A stretch of DNA of 63,894 bases, the filler included, from Octopus bimaculoides (taxonomy: Eukaryota): the NCBI RefSeq assembly GCF_001194135.2. It is 5 parts of 4 records of this genome, joined end to end, with 100 filler letters (N's around TTAATTAATTAA, not from the genome) between each part and the next. Parts side by side here need not be neighbours in the genome. Positions count along the whole stretch, not along the records: positions 27,552 to 53,201 come from NC_068986.1; positions 53,302 to 59,440 come from NC_068991.1; positions 59,541 to 63,894 come from NC_069002.1; 2 more parts are not named here. One strand, given 5' to 3'. Position numbers and translations under genes: made by a program. This document shows, one piece after another, positions 51,726 to 63,894 of the stretch. The stretch's first letter is position 1. Each line of letters begins with the position of its first letter. The notes below the pieces were generated by a model, which ran no database searches, was not told where the DNA came from, and was given only the letters and a program-made list of their open reading frames with translations.

Positions 51726-53015
51726 TTTCTTCTTCATCAATATCATTGTTACTCTAGTTATAATAATTAGTATTAGCATCCTCATCATTACTAATACTTA
51801 CACTACTTTTACTATCACCATTACTATTATCATCTTTATTAGAATCATTATCAAAATTTTCCATATAAGCGTCGGTGGTGAGAATGTATTTGTGCATCAC
51901 AGAAACGCAAGTAGGTTTCAATGTTGGAGATATAACTAAAACAGAATAGAAATATTATACCTTCATATGGTCTGGGTTAGTTCTCTTTCGTTGTTTACTC
52001 CGTTTTTGTTAGACATGTTATCAACCAATTCGTGTTTTACAGCCCCGGTGCTTATGATATTATTTGGAATTGCTGTGTGCTTACTATCTACATTTTCCTA
52101 ATGTATTCTCTTGATGTATTTTTCCTTTTAAGTGTTCTATTCTTTACATATTTTTTTTTCTTCTGAGAACATTTCTCCGTATGTTAGCTAGTTTATTAGA
52201 GTTCATTGCTGTATCCAAATCCTTATCTAGGTTATTTTTCTTCCAGATTTTAGATGTATATGTTGTTGCGTTTTCGTTCTGTGGGTAGAGCACTGCTATA
52301 CAATAAGCGTGTAGGATAGATATATATTCGTCGCTTGTTCATTTATGCTTGTTTGATTTTATTTGCGGGACATGAGGAATAATATCCGTCCCTTTATTTT
52401 GATGGTCATCCTTTTCATAGGGTCCCGGTCCGTTCATTTCTGGTGTTAAATGGTTTGCACGTGTAATTTTTCGTACTTTTTGTGTAACAAGTTTAAAGCA
52501 CATGCTTCCCGAGTCTTATCCTTGGGTTGAATAATACGTGTATTATTTAATTTATTTTTCACTTTGTTTGCGCATGGTGGTAAGAGACGGCGATGGTCTG
52601 GTGTTGGTGGTCTCGTAATGTGGTGAGCGTGTTTACACGTGTGGTGCGAGCGATGGAGATGACACACAGTTAAAATACATAATTTCATTTGGAAAATAGA
52701 AACAAATTTTAGTATTTTTTACTCGGATATAGTCCTACACGTTTCATGAGTATTACTTGCTCGGGTATAATTCAGTCCTTTGTCAGTCTGGCGAGCGTGT
52801 TTAGACGTGTTGTGCAAGTGACAGAGATGACACACTATTAAAATACATCATGTCATTCGGACGATAAAAATAAATTTTTATGAATACTGCTTACTCGGAT
52901 ATAGTCCAGCAATTTGTCAGCTATTTTAGGCTCCATTTGTTGTCATTATTCTTGATGTCTTTGGATAGATTTCGGAGAAGTGTTTAATCGCTTTCACATG
53001 TTAAATGACCCGATG

Positions 53016-53201
<186 letters not shown>

Positions 53202-53302
53202 NNNNNNNNNNNNNNNNNNNNNNNNNNNNNNNNNNNNNNNNNNNNTTAATTAATTAANNNNNNNNNNNNNNNNNNNNNNNNNNNNNNNNNNNNNNNNNNN
53301 NT

Positions 53303-54300
53303 TGCCGATTTGCTGCCAATTCAAAGGTTCTCCAGTCTATTATTCGTGACCTCCTTTATGCAGATGACTGTGACTTAGTCACTCATACCGTTGATGACAT
53401 GCAAATACTCATGAATTGCATTTCTGCTTCTTGCAAGGCATTTGGACTTGGCATTATCCTGGACAAGACTGTTGTAATGTTCCAGCCTGCACCAGGAAAT
53501 CCATATGTGAAACCAGCTATCTTGGTTGAAGGAACAATTCTGAAGGTAGTAGACAAGTTTGTCTACCTGGGCAGCACACTCAGCCGTTCTTGCTCCCTGG
53601 ATGAGGAAATATGTTTCAGGTTGCAGAGAGCAACTAATTCTTTCCGTTCTCTTCAGTCTCGTGTCTGGTCCCAGCATGGCATAGCAAGGCAAACAAAAGT
53701 TGCTGTGTACCGTGCATGTGTACTGACATCACTCCTCTACTCATGTGAGACATGGACTCTGTACAAATGTCAGGTAAGAGTCCTTGAACGCTTTCATCAG
53801 AGATGTCTCAGGCACAATCTCAATGTTGGCTGGACCTCAAAAATTCCAGACACACAGATCCTGAGGACAGCTGATATCTTGAGTATTGAGGCGATGGTGC
53901 ACAAGCACCGGTTACGTTGGACTGGACACCTTATTAGAATGAAGGATAGCAGTATTCCTAAGCAGATGCTCTATGGAGAACTTGTGAATGGAAGGAGACT
54001 CCGGCAGAAACCAAGGCTGCGATTTAAGGACTGTGTCAAGTCCTCATTAAAGGCCTGTGATATGCAGGACACTGACTGGGAGAACAATGCCTGTCATCGC
54101 CACAGATGGGGGAAACAGGTTAAAGGAGGGGATTGACACTTTTGAGAGACTACTTATCTAGCTTGAAGAACTTAAGCGAGCTGTGCGCTTTCGCATGCCT
54201 CGTATAGTGAATAGGTTAAGCTTGGTCTGCAATGTTTGCAGTCGTGTATGCTTGTCAAGAGCAGGGCTCATTAGCCACCAACAGAGCTGCAAATGCTAAA
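53303..54300 (+). mobile_element. RTE-clade LINE, RT C-terminal half with long open frame
   Basis: Open frame 53303-54136: IRDLLYADDC..FGLGIILDKTVVM..VVDKFVYLGSTLS..LLYSCETWTLY..HRLRWTGHLIRM..IPKQMLYGEL; downstream C2H2-like remnant CNVCSRVCLSRAGLISHQQSC. Confidence 0.95.
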
Positions 54301-54489
54301 TATAAGTTAGTCCTAGAGTACACAATGTTCCTGAAGGTTGGCAATGGTCTTCCTCGGTCACGAGTGGACGGCCATCATGTATGTATGCATGCATGCATGT
54401 ATACAGACGTGACAGAAGTAAATAGACACATTTATTTAAATCTGAAATTATACATTCAAATTATTTTTATAATGTGAATATTTAATATT

Positions 54490-55545
54490 TAGTAGACATG
54501 CCCCTTGCATTTTTCAATGCAAGGATCCTATTAGTCATGTTAATGATCGGATGGCAAATATTCTCTTGAGGAATTTCTTACCAAGTTTCATGCAGTAATC
54601 TCAAAAGATCTGGCTTTCAAGATGCTTTTTTGTTCTTTTTATGAAGTGTCCTGTCCATTATACCCCTGAGGTGTTCAGAGGCCATGGAAGCTTTTTAATG
54701 CCATTCTCATCCAACAAATCTTGGTTCATTTTAGCTGTGTGACAAGGAGCCCATCTTCCATAAATAGTCTTCTTTAATCATTTCATCACTGGAGAAGATT
54801 GGAGGGAATCCTTTCTACAATATGGACATACATTTATCTGAGTTTGTTTCTCTCACATTCCACCAGCTCTGATTGACCATTGCTCCAAATTGCTCTCCAG
54901 ACCATCACAGAATAGCTGCCATGTTTCATTGTTGGCTGCAATCTTTTCACATCAAATTCTTGATTACAGAGTCTCCAAACCCAACCTTGACTGTCAGAAA
55001 ATACAGCAAATCTGGACTCATCAGATGATATGACAGTGTCCCAAGATGCTAGCGACCTCTCCACCATCTCACTGACCCAATCTTTTCTCCATTTGATATT
55101 GGCTGGTCAAAGAAGTGGCTTCCTTCTTGCTGCTCTGCCATAGTAACCAAGTTTGTGGAGATACCTGACAGCTGTTCTGGGACTGACATCAATGTGTTCT
55201 GCTATGTCAGAGGCCTTGGATTATCCTCCACACTTCTCTTAACAAAGAGAAGGGTCCTGTCAGAGAGCCTTGGTCAACCTTGACAAGGTGATGTAGACTC
55301 TTTCTCCTCTCTGGCAAATTGCACAGTCACTCTATTAACTGTAGGAAGTGGTATCACAAAATTTTCTGCAATTTTATGCTGACTATGTCCTCCTTCAGAT
55401 TGACCCATAATATGGCTGCTTTGAAATTCAGACAGTTCCAAGGCTTTTGTATATGACTTCATTAAACAGTCATATATAGAACCTGAAGCATAAAAATGTC
55501 AATTAATAAAAAAATATAAACCTTTACAAGTTAGAATAAACATAA
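54490..55545 (-). mobile_element. Decayed Tc1-type transposon
   Basis: HTH remnant ([19 protein letters not shown]), [28 protein letters not shown], and an EDGLPCH remnant. Confidence 0.85.
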
Positions 55546-56039
55546 AACAATGTTTTATGGTATGTCTATTTACTTCGGTCATGTCTGTGTATATGTATGT
55601 GTGTGTGTGTGTATGTCTGTATGTATACTTATATCTGTTTGTGTATATATATATATGTGTGTGTGTGTCTGTGTGTGTGTGTATTTATGTATATATGTGT
55701 AGATAAGGTTTAACTCCAAGCTGTGTCTTCTTGAAGCACTTCTGCTTATTCCAGTATTCCAAGTTTGTATTTAGATGTTATATTCTTGTTAAGTATGCAT
55801 AAGAATTGAAAATTCTAGGAAACTTTTTTTGCAATGTAATTATATATCAAAGCAGGAGATTGGAAAATTTTGGGGTATTACATGTTCATCATTATGCATG
55901 TTTTATTTTTTAATAGGACTTACAAAGTTGTATGTCAGAGAAACATGTAAGATATCTCCTATTAGTAATTCTTCAGACAGAGAATTGAATAATGCAAAAT
56001 TTACATTTGTATATGTATATATTCATTTGTTCTTTATTC

Positions 56040-56945
56040 TTTTACTTGTTTCAGTCATTTGACTGCAGCCATGCTGGAGCACCACCTTTTAATCGAGCAA
56101 ATCGACCTCAGGATTTATTTGTTGTAAGCCTAGTACTTATTCTATCAGTCTATTTTGCCGAACTGCTAAGTTACGGGGATGTAAACACACCATCATTGGT
56201 TGTCAAGTGATGTTGGGGGACAAAAACAAACACACAAACATACACACACATACACATATTACTCTTTTACTCTTTTACTTGTTTCAGTCATTTGACTGCG
56301 GCCATGCTGGAGCACAGCTTTTAGTCGAGAAAATCGACCCTGGAACTTATTCTTTGTAAGTCTAGTACTTATTCTATTGGTCTCTTTTGCCGAACCGCTA
56401 AGTTACTGGGACGTAAACACACCAGCATCAGTTGTCAAGTGATGGTGGGGGGACAAACACAGGCACACAAACACACATACATACANNNNNNNNNNNNNNN
56501 NNNNNNNNNNNNNNNNNNNNNNNNNNNNNNNNNNNNNNNNNNNNNNNNNNNNNNNNNNNNNNNNNNNNNNNNNNNNNNNNNNNNNNNNNNNNNNNNNNNN
56601 NNNTGGGCTTCTTTTCAGTTTCCATCTACCAAATCCACTCACAAGGCTTTGGTTGGCCCGAGGCTATAGTAGAAGACACTTGCCCAAGGTGCCACGTAGT
56701 GGGACTGAACCCGGAACCATGTGGTTGGTAAGCAAGCTACTTACCACACAGCCACTCTTGCGCCTATATATACATATATACGACGGGCTTCTTTCAGTTT
56801 CTGTCTATCAAATCCACTCACAAGGCTTTGGTCAGCCCGAGGCTATGGTAGAAGACACTTGCCCAAGGTGCCACGCAGTGGGACTGAGCCCGGAACCATG
56901 TGGTTGGTAAGCAAGCTACTTACCACACAGCCACTCCTGCACATA
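56040..56945 (-). mobile_element. Two nested SINE family B/C copies
   Basis: Order is 3' module (56040-56255), 3' module (56261-56485), gap, head (56604-56765), head (56781-56945). Confidence 0.85.
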
Positions 56946-57049
56946 CATCAATATGAATATGCATGTAACCACATACGTCCATAAATTTGTTTATGCTCAT
57001 ATGATCTTCAATATGTGTTTCTTTTTGGCAAAGGAATTATATGCTGACA

Positions 57050-57939
57050 TATGAGCATCTGACTTTTTTACCCACCAAAACTAATACTGTGTGGACAAAA
57101 TCCTTTGTGTGGGAGATGATACCACTCTTTTTGCACATGCGTGAAAATTTTCACACCAGTAAGCCATGTCAGTTCCCAGCTATTATGTTTGCTTAGAGTA
57201 CAGACATGTAGTATGTGCTTATATTTTTGTTTTCAAGCAGAGATATTCCATCAAATTTTGCCAAAAGCTTGGTGATACTTAAGCTGATACCATCCAGAAT
57301 ATTCAGCAGGTTTTTAGTGATGATGTTATGGACAAACCTTAGATCAAGGAATGGTACAACCACTTTAAACATGGCTGCACCTCAGTGGAGAGAGGCACAC
57401 TCAAGCAAGCCATCCACATGCCAAAATGAGGAGCTGATTGAGAAGGTTTGGCAATTTGGCAAATAGTCATGGAAGACTGTTGTGTGCCAAACCAGAAAAT
57501 TGCTCATGAAGTGGGTATAAGCACAGGATCAGTGCATTCCATTTTAATGGAGGATTTGCACATGCAGAGAGTGTTGGTGAAATTCATCCCCAAGGTGATG
57601 GAGCAGCAGAAGCAACTCTGCATAGAAATCACTTAGGACATTTTGGACTGTGCAAACCACAATCCAGACTTCATGAAGACCATCATCATTGTGATGAGAG
57701 ATGAGCTTATGGTTTCTGCTCAATGCATTCGATCATATGCATGAAAAAAAATCCGACAAGTATACCATACACATATGTACTATGGGTCTAACAGCTTGGA
57801 ACTGATGTGGCCTACTGGAGTGAAAATTTTCATGCATGTGCAGGAAGAATGGTGTTACCTCATACCCAAAGGATTTTGCCTCCTTGACATTAGTTTTGGT
57901 GGGAAAAAATAAAGTCAGATACTTTTTGAATGCATCTCA
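57050..57939 (+). mobile_element. mariner remnant with long TIRs
   Basis: Left 'tctgactttttta.cccaccaaaactaat..caaaatcctttg' is inverted to right 'caaaggattttg..attagttttggtggg..aaagtcaga..ctca|TA'; peptides QRYSIKFCQKLG, IAHEVGISTGSVHSILMEDLHMQRVLVKFIPK. Confidence 0.85.
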
Positions 57940-58226
57940 TATATGTATATGTGTGTGTGTATGTATGTTTTTGTATAAAAGTATATATATGTGTGTATTT
58001 ATACATCATTGTCGTCGACATCATTTTATGTCCATTTTCCATGGGCTGGATGATTTGACGTGAGCTGTAGACTACATTTCTGGCTTTGCAGTTGGCACCA
58101 GGACTATTTTTGCGCACAATGCAACTCTCCTCAACACACCTTGTTCTTCTGAAGGGATATGTTTTACATATTATTGATCTAATTGATCTCCGTGGTTTTT
58201 CTATAACATTTATCCTCAACTTGGTA

Positions 58227-58532
58227 CTTTTGAGAAATGTAGTCTACAAAATAAGCTGTATGGATTGTGAGTGTAAAAACAGAAACACGACATACATAGG
58301 TGAGACGGCAAGAAGTTTGGCTGAGCGTGTAAACGAACATTGGAGGGACTATAATAATCAAAAACAAACCTCGGTGCTCTACCAGCATGCCAAAGAACAA
58401 CATGGTGGTGTACTGGACAGAATTAGCATAGAAATCCTGTCTAGACACCCCGGTGATGCATCGTTGCGACAAATACAGGAGTCGGTCCTCATAACTGAAA
58501 CGCAACCAATTTTAAACACCAAATACACGTAG
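58227..58532 (+). pseudogene. Penelope-like GIY-YIG endonuclease fragment
   Basis: RNVVYKISCMDC..TYIGETARSLAERVNEH..SVLYQHAKEQH..IEILSRH..RQIQESVLITETQPILN; followed by a very AT-rich tail to about 59290. Confidence 0.9.
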
Positions 58533-59540
58533 ATGAGGGCCTTACAATTGCCCATGGTTGCATGTGTTGTTCACAAATATGATGCGGAATATGAACGTAA
58601 ATAGTTTTAAATAGTATAGCTTAAACTATTACACCGGTTAAATATGTACTAATTTTATCTTCATTATTATTTTAAACAGAAACTTCGTTCAAAATGTATT
58701 TAAAACAATGATAATTTAAAACAATGATAATTTATGTAAGCTGGTTTTTGTATATAATATACATGTTAGCATATATTATAATAAATGAAGGGATGATTAT
58801 TGAATGTTTATTATTTTAATATTTTGATATTTTTAATAATTTTTCTATCTTTATAAAATAAGTATTTCATATAATTTCATTTGGTACTTATTGTTGGTTG
58901 AGATATATATATTTATTTATTTTAATTATTGTTCTACTTTCGACCTGAAGATTAGCTATATTTTTGAATAGAATTTACTTTCGATAATTTCAATTGATTT
59001 TAATTGATTTTAATCGATTTAAATCTCCTTTCTATTTGAAAATTAGTTATGAGACACGTGTAGTCATTTTATTATCTTTATCTTATGATATTTACTTTGT
59101 TTTATATTATACTCATTTACTGTGCTTTTAATTGTTAATTTTTCTACATGTGATAGTGGATTTTCATGGATGAGTTCTTGAAACTTGGTTATTTTCCCTA
59201 AAACTATATATTTTATATATATTTTATGTATAAAGCTCAATTTAATTTTGATTTTTCTAAATTGATTTTGAGTTTTTACTTGTAATTTTGGATTTTATCC
59301 CTAATATTATTATATATATATATATAAAGGCGGTGCTCCAGCATGGCGGCAGTCAACTGACTGAAACAAGTAAAAGAGTAAAAGAGTATATACACACACA
59401 TATATATATGTATATACATACATACATACATACATACATANNNNNNNNNNNNNNNNNNNNNNNNNNNNNNNNNNNNNNNNNNNNTTAATTAATTAANNNN
59501 NNNNNNNNNNNNNNNNNNNNNNNNNNNNNNNNNNNNNNNN

Positions 59541-59770
59541 GTGTGTGTATGAGTGTGCGTATTTGTGTGTCTGTGTTTGTCCCCCCACCATCGCTTGACA
59601 ACCGATGTTGGTGTGTTTACGGCCCCGTAACTTAACGGTTCGGCAAACGAGTCCGATAGAATAAGTAGTAGGCTTACAAAGAATAAGTCCTGGGATCGAT
59701 TTGCTCAACAAAAGGCGGTGCTCCAGCATGGCAGCAGTCAAATGACTGAAACAAATACAAGAATAAAAGA
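59541..59770 (+). mobile_element. SINE family B/C, 3' module
   Basis: tgtttgtccccccaccatcgcttgacaaccgatg..gatagaataagta..aaaggcggtgctccagcatgg. Confidence 0.85.
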
Positions 59771-59863
59771 ATATATATATATATGCATACATATAACCAT
59801 ATGCACTAACACACATACATGCATATATAAAAATATACATATGTATGTGTGTGTGTATATGGT

Positions 59864-60232
59864 GGAGGCGCAATGGCCCAGTGGTTAAGAGAGCGGACTT
59901 GCGGTCGTAGGATCGTGGTTTCGATTCCCAGACCGGGTGCTGTGAGTGTTATTGAGCGAAAACACGTAAAAGCTCCACGAGGCCCCGGCAGAGGGTGGTG
60001 GCGAACCCTGCTGTACTCTTTCATCACAACTTCCTCTCACTCTTTCTTCCTGTTTCTCTTATATCTGTATTTCAAAGGGCCAGCCTTGTCATACTCTGTA
60101 TCACGCTGAAGTTCCTCGAGAACTACGCTAAGGGTACACGTGTCTGTGGAGTGCTCAGCCACTTGTGCGTTTATTTCACGTGCAGGATGTTCCGTTGATC
60201 GGATCAACTGGAACCCTCGTCGTCGTAACCGA
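59864..60232 (+). mobile_element. Third tRNA-derived SINE family, apparently full length
   Basis: A-box-like 'tggcccagtggttaag' and B-box-like 'gtttcgattccc'; GC-rich, CpG-retaining body. Confidence 0.8.
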
Positions 60233-60655
60233 AAGTGGTGGAAATCCGTTGGTGCCAAATCAGGAGAGTACGGCGGGTGTGGCAGCACTTCCCAGCCATG
60301 CATTTGAATGGCTTCCTTGGTCATATTGGCGATATGAGGGCGGGTGTTGTCGTGCAGCTGAAGAATTTCATGCTGCCGATTAGGTCCTTTCTCTTGAATT
60401 GCCGTGTTGAGTCGTTCCATCTGTTGAACATAGAGTTCCGCGTTGACCGTTTGGTTCCGTTCAAGCAATTCGTAATGGATAATCCCTTCCCTGTTTTGGA
60501 CCGCGTCCTCCGTTACTGCAGCGCTTTCAAAACTACAATCATCAAAATATTCACAAATCAAGATGGCCGTTCTCAAATGTAATGTATAAGCAATTAAACA
60601 TACACAGTAGTGTCCCTTTGTTTAAAGACAAGTGTATACTGTTGATGAAAAGTTA
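60233..60655 (-). mobile_element. Internally deleted mariner transposase fragment
   Basis: EGIIHYELLERNQTVNAELYVQQMERL..ILQLHDNTRPH..GWEVLPHPPYSPDLAPTDFHHF (DD34D YSPDLAP motif); cut at the SINE. Confidence 0.92.
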
Positions 60656-60674
60656 CTTAATCACTGACACAAGG

Positions 60675-60850
60675 AAGGTGGCGTAGCAGAATCGTTAGAC
60701 GTTCGGAAAAGGCGCTGTGCTGTCTATGTTTCGGCTTTTTGCATCCCGCGTTTAAGTTACGCCATGAATCGATAACAAAGTATCTGTCAACTACTGAGAT
60801 CGATGTAGTCGAGTAACATTTCCTCTCGATAACCTCGTTCTTAAATTAGA
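60675..60850 (+). mobile_element. Decayed SINE family A
   Basis: aaggtggcgtagcagaatcgttag..; ctactgagatcgatgtagtcgag.. Confidence 0.55.
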
Positions 60851-61025
60851 AAGCAATTAACACTTAGATTTCAAACTAGAGGTGAATAAAAGGAATCTTT
60901 TTGTTTTATATACAAAACTTTTGATTAATAGCATTAAGAAAGCCACAAATGAACTTCAAGTAATTTAAGATAATTTCAGAAAATGAAAATGTTTTAACTT
61001 TAGTAATTGTTTTTATGCTTTAATA

Positions 61026-61067
<42 letters not shown>

Positions 61068-61167
61068 NNNNNNNNNNNNNNNNNNNNNNNNNNNNNNNNN
61101 NNNNNNNNNNNNNNNNNNNNNNNNNNNNNNNNNNNNNNNNNNNNNNNNNNNNNNNNNNNNNNNNNNN

Positions 61168-61211
<44 letters not shown>

Positions 61212-62496
61212 GTATTGAACTATAACATTCTAAAAATTGAACTATATTATTCGATGATCTGATTTGCTGCTCCGTGTAATCGGGAAATTTTCAACTCTAT
61301 AAGCTGAAATAGACTTTGCGGTCAATGACTAAAAAGGTCTGCTGCTTAGTAGCTTCTATTTTCTATGCTGTGGACAGATTCACTGAAGCCGGTGGCCCTT
61401 CTGACGCTCGATAGAAATGTGTATTGGTGTCACCACAATCAAACAATCAATTGATATAGTTTGAGATTTTGCTGTAAATAATGTACTGTTGAGTTATGTT
61501 GAAGATATGTTTTCTTTTTCTTTTCTTTGAAAAACTGAAATATCCGAATCCATTTCTCTGAGAAGAATCAGATTTAGACATCGACAGACTGATCAATAAT
61601 CAAAATATCAAAGGGACCGAAATGTCATTTGTTTGATTCTGATGGTATGTCTAACGCTGTACAGAGTTTTAACCTGGGTGCATGAATACCTCACAGTTAG
61701 CGTAATGGTTGCAATGTCATGAATATATGCTCTATGTCTGGGAAAAGGGGTGGTTCCATATATAAGAGCCATTATGAATAGTAGATCTGGCTCTCTTAGA
61801 AAAAATGATTGTTTCCATGTGCAAACTGTCATTTAAACTGGTCGTGAAGTTTTCAAAATGACAACGATCAGAATCATTCAACTAGAATAATCAAGAACTT
61901 CAAAGGTAGAAAACTCTGGCAGCTTCAACGGCTATCACCATCTCTGGATTTATATTTGCTGAAAAACTTCTACAAAGAGATCGACATGAGTTGACAATGA
62001 AGAAAGATTTGAAAACTTTATTACTCCAATGACTTGCTTATAATATTTTTGCAAGAGTAGCGATAGTTACTTCGAAGTTTCAGCCTGCTAGCGTTCATCG
62101 GACTGTGGTAATTATGAATTCGTCTTGGTTTTATACAGTTACTGGTACGTTTGTTAATTCTTGGATAGGTGGAGTTATTTTGTATTATAATTACCTGAAT
62201 CATATCTACAAGTTTGATTACTCATATATGTGACTCAGTTTCGAGAAACGACAAAGCTTAATTAAAAGTTGATGGCATTTTTCTTGAAACTCAACGCGCG
62301 AACACTATCTTCACTAGAAGTTTTATAATTACTTTAATTGACTTTTTTGTTTGTTCTGTTATTGATTCTGTTCATATTTAAGTGGAGCTAATTTTATGAT
62401 ATTTGAATATTAGAATATTATCTTAAACACTTTAGAAGTGCAAATAATCTTCTAGTTCTTCATTTATATATGTATATGTGTGTGAGTATGTGCATT

Positions 62497-62532
<36 letters not shown>

Positions 62533-62775
62533 NNNNNNNNNNNNNNNNNNNNNNNNNNNNNNNNNNNNNNNNNNNNNNNNNNNNNNNNNNNNNNNNNNNN
62601 NNNNNNNNNNNNNNNNNNNNNNNNNNNNNNNNNNNNNNNNNNNNNNNNNNNNNNNNNNNNNNNNNNNNNNNNNNNNNNNNNNNNNNNNNNNNNNNNNNNN
62701 NNNNNNNNNNNNNNNNNNNNNNNNNNNNNNNNNNNNNNNNNNNNNNNNNNNNNNNNNNNNNNNNNNNNNNNNNNN

Positions 62776-62836
<61 letters not shown>

Positions 62837-63089
62837 CATATTATATTATATTATATTATATTATATTAAATGTATAATATATATTGCATAACGTAAAGGC
62901 CATTTGCCAACATAATCAAGAAATACATGAAAAATGATTAACTTGTAATTAGCAGAATAATTTTTTTGAAATTCAGTTACACTTTTTGGTTATATGTGTG
63001 TATACCTATATATGTATGTATGTGTATCTCTGTATATTTGTTCGTGTATGTACATCAAAAGGATATGTTATAATACTATTCCACAGCTA

Positions 63090-63120
<31 letters not shown>

Positions 63121-63175
63121 TACATACACACATGCGCACAGAACATATACAATTATATATTCATATATACATTGA

Positions 63176-63360
63176 GATAGATAGATACATACATACATAG
63201 ATAGACAGACAGACAGACAGATAGACAGACAGACAGATAGACAGACAGACAAACAGACAAACAGACAGACAGACAGACAGGCAGGCAGGTAGACGGACGG
63301 AAGGATTAAAGAACTGACGGACGGTGGAACGGACAGATGGATGAGTGGATGGGTGGATAA
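63176..63360. repeat. (GATA)/(GACA)/(GGAT) tetranucleotide microsatellite field
   Basis: Directly visible. Confidence 0.9.
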
Positions 63361-63394
63361 ATAAACGTATGTACATATAAACAATGTTATATAC

Positions 63395-63436
<42 letters not shown>

Positions 63437-63858
63437 GCATATACACACCTACATATATACATATACACGTATGGTGCCCGTGTTTACGTCTGTCTGTATG
63501 AATATATGTATGTATGTACGTATGTATGCATGCATGCATGTATGTGAATGTGTGTATGTGAGCGTGTATACGTATGTGCCTCCGTCAACATAAGTAATGG
63601 AACATTTTTATGACAGCAAAGAACGTAACGTATTACGGTTCAATTACTTCAGAGTCCAATTTTCAGAAAATGACTAAAGAAAGGTAAATAGAACTTGAAA
63701 GTTTGTTATGAGCATTGAAAAAATGGTATTTCCCTCATATACATGTGTGTGTGCGTGTCTGTGTGTCTCTTTGTGTGTGTGCGCGGGTGTTACCGCGGGT
63801 GTATGCGCGTGTGTGTCTCTGTGTATGTGTGAAAGTGCATGCTTGTGTGTGTGTATGC

Positions 63859-63894
<36 letters not shown>

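Noticed and set aside
61850-62020. Open stretch reading ..IKNFKGRKTLAASTAITISGFIFAEKLLQRDRHEL..
   Set aside because: No start or acceptor context and no recognisable homology; the length is within chance expectation.

Overview
AT-rich animal genomic DNA from a gapped short-read scaffold. The repeat families look like those of Octopus; this is an inference from recognising the repeats, not from a database search. I find no convincing host protein-coding gene, so the window reads as intergenic or deep intronic sequence. Most six-frame ORFs are microsatellite or N-gap artefacts. The real coding signal is decayed transposons. Retroelements include many R4/Dong-type LINE fragments next to (TAA)n tracts, RTE-clade LINEs (one with an 834-nt uninterrupted RT frame, others with a PHD-like insert), L1/Tx1 fragments and Penelope-like elements (PLEs) with GIY-YIG domains. 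DNA transposons include mariner, Tc1 and DD37D/maT copies, a Chapaev3-like end, a Helitron helicase fragment and several MITEs. There are also at least three tRNA-derived SINE families and a tRNA-Gly(GCC) pseudogene. The most interesting structures are: a 1.6-kb PLE with ~370-430-bp inverted arms and a nested TTAA MITE (12391-13979); PLE-type minimal hammerhead-ribozyme-like motifs (30515-30550, 4509-4539); a 62/62/61-bp higher-order minisatellite derived from an RTE 3' UTR (27058-27451); a SINE nested in the central microsatellite of its own family (56040-56945); and a ~400-bp foldback element (5735-6132). The evidence does not support a wholly new biological system.
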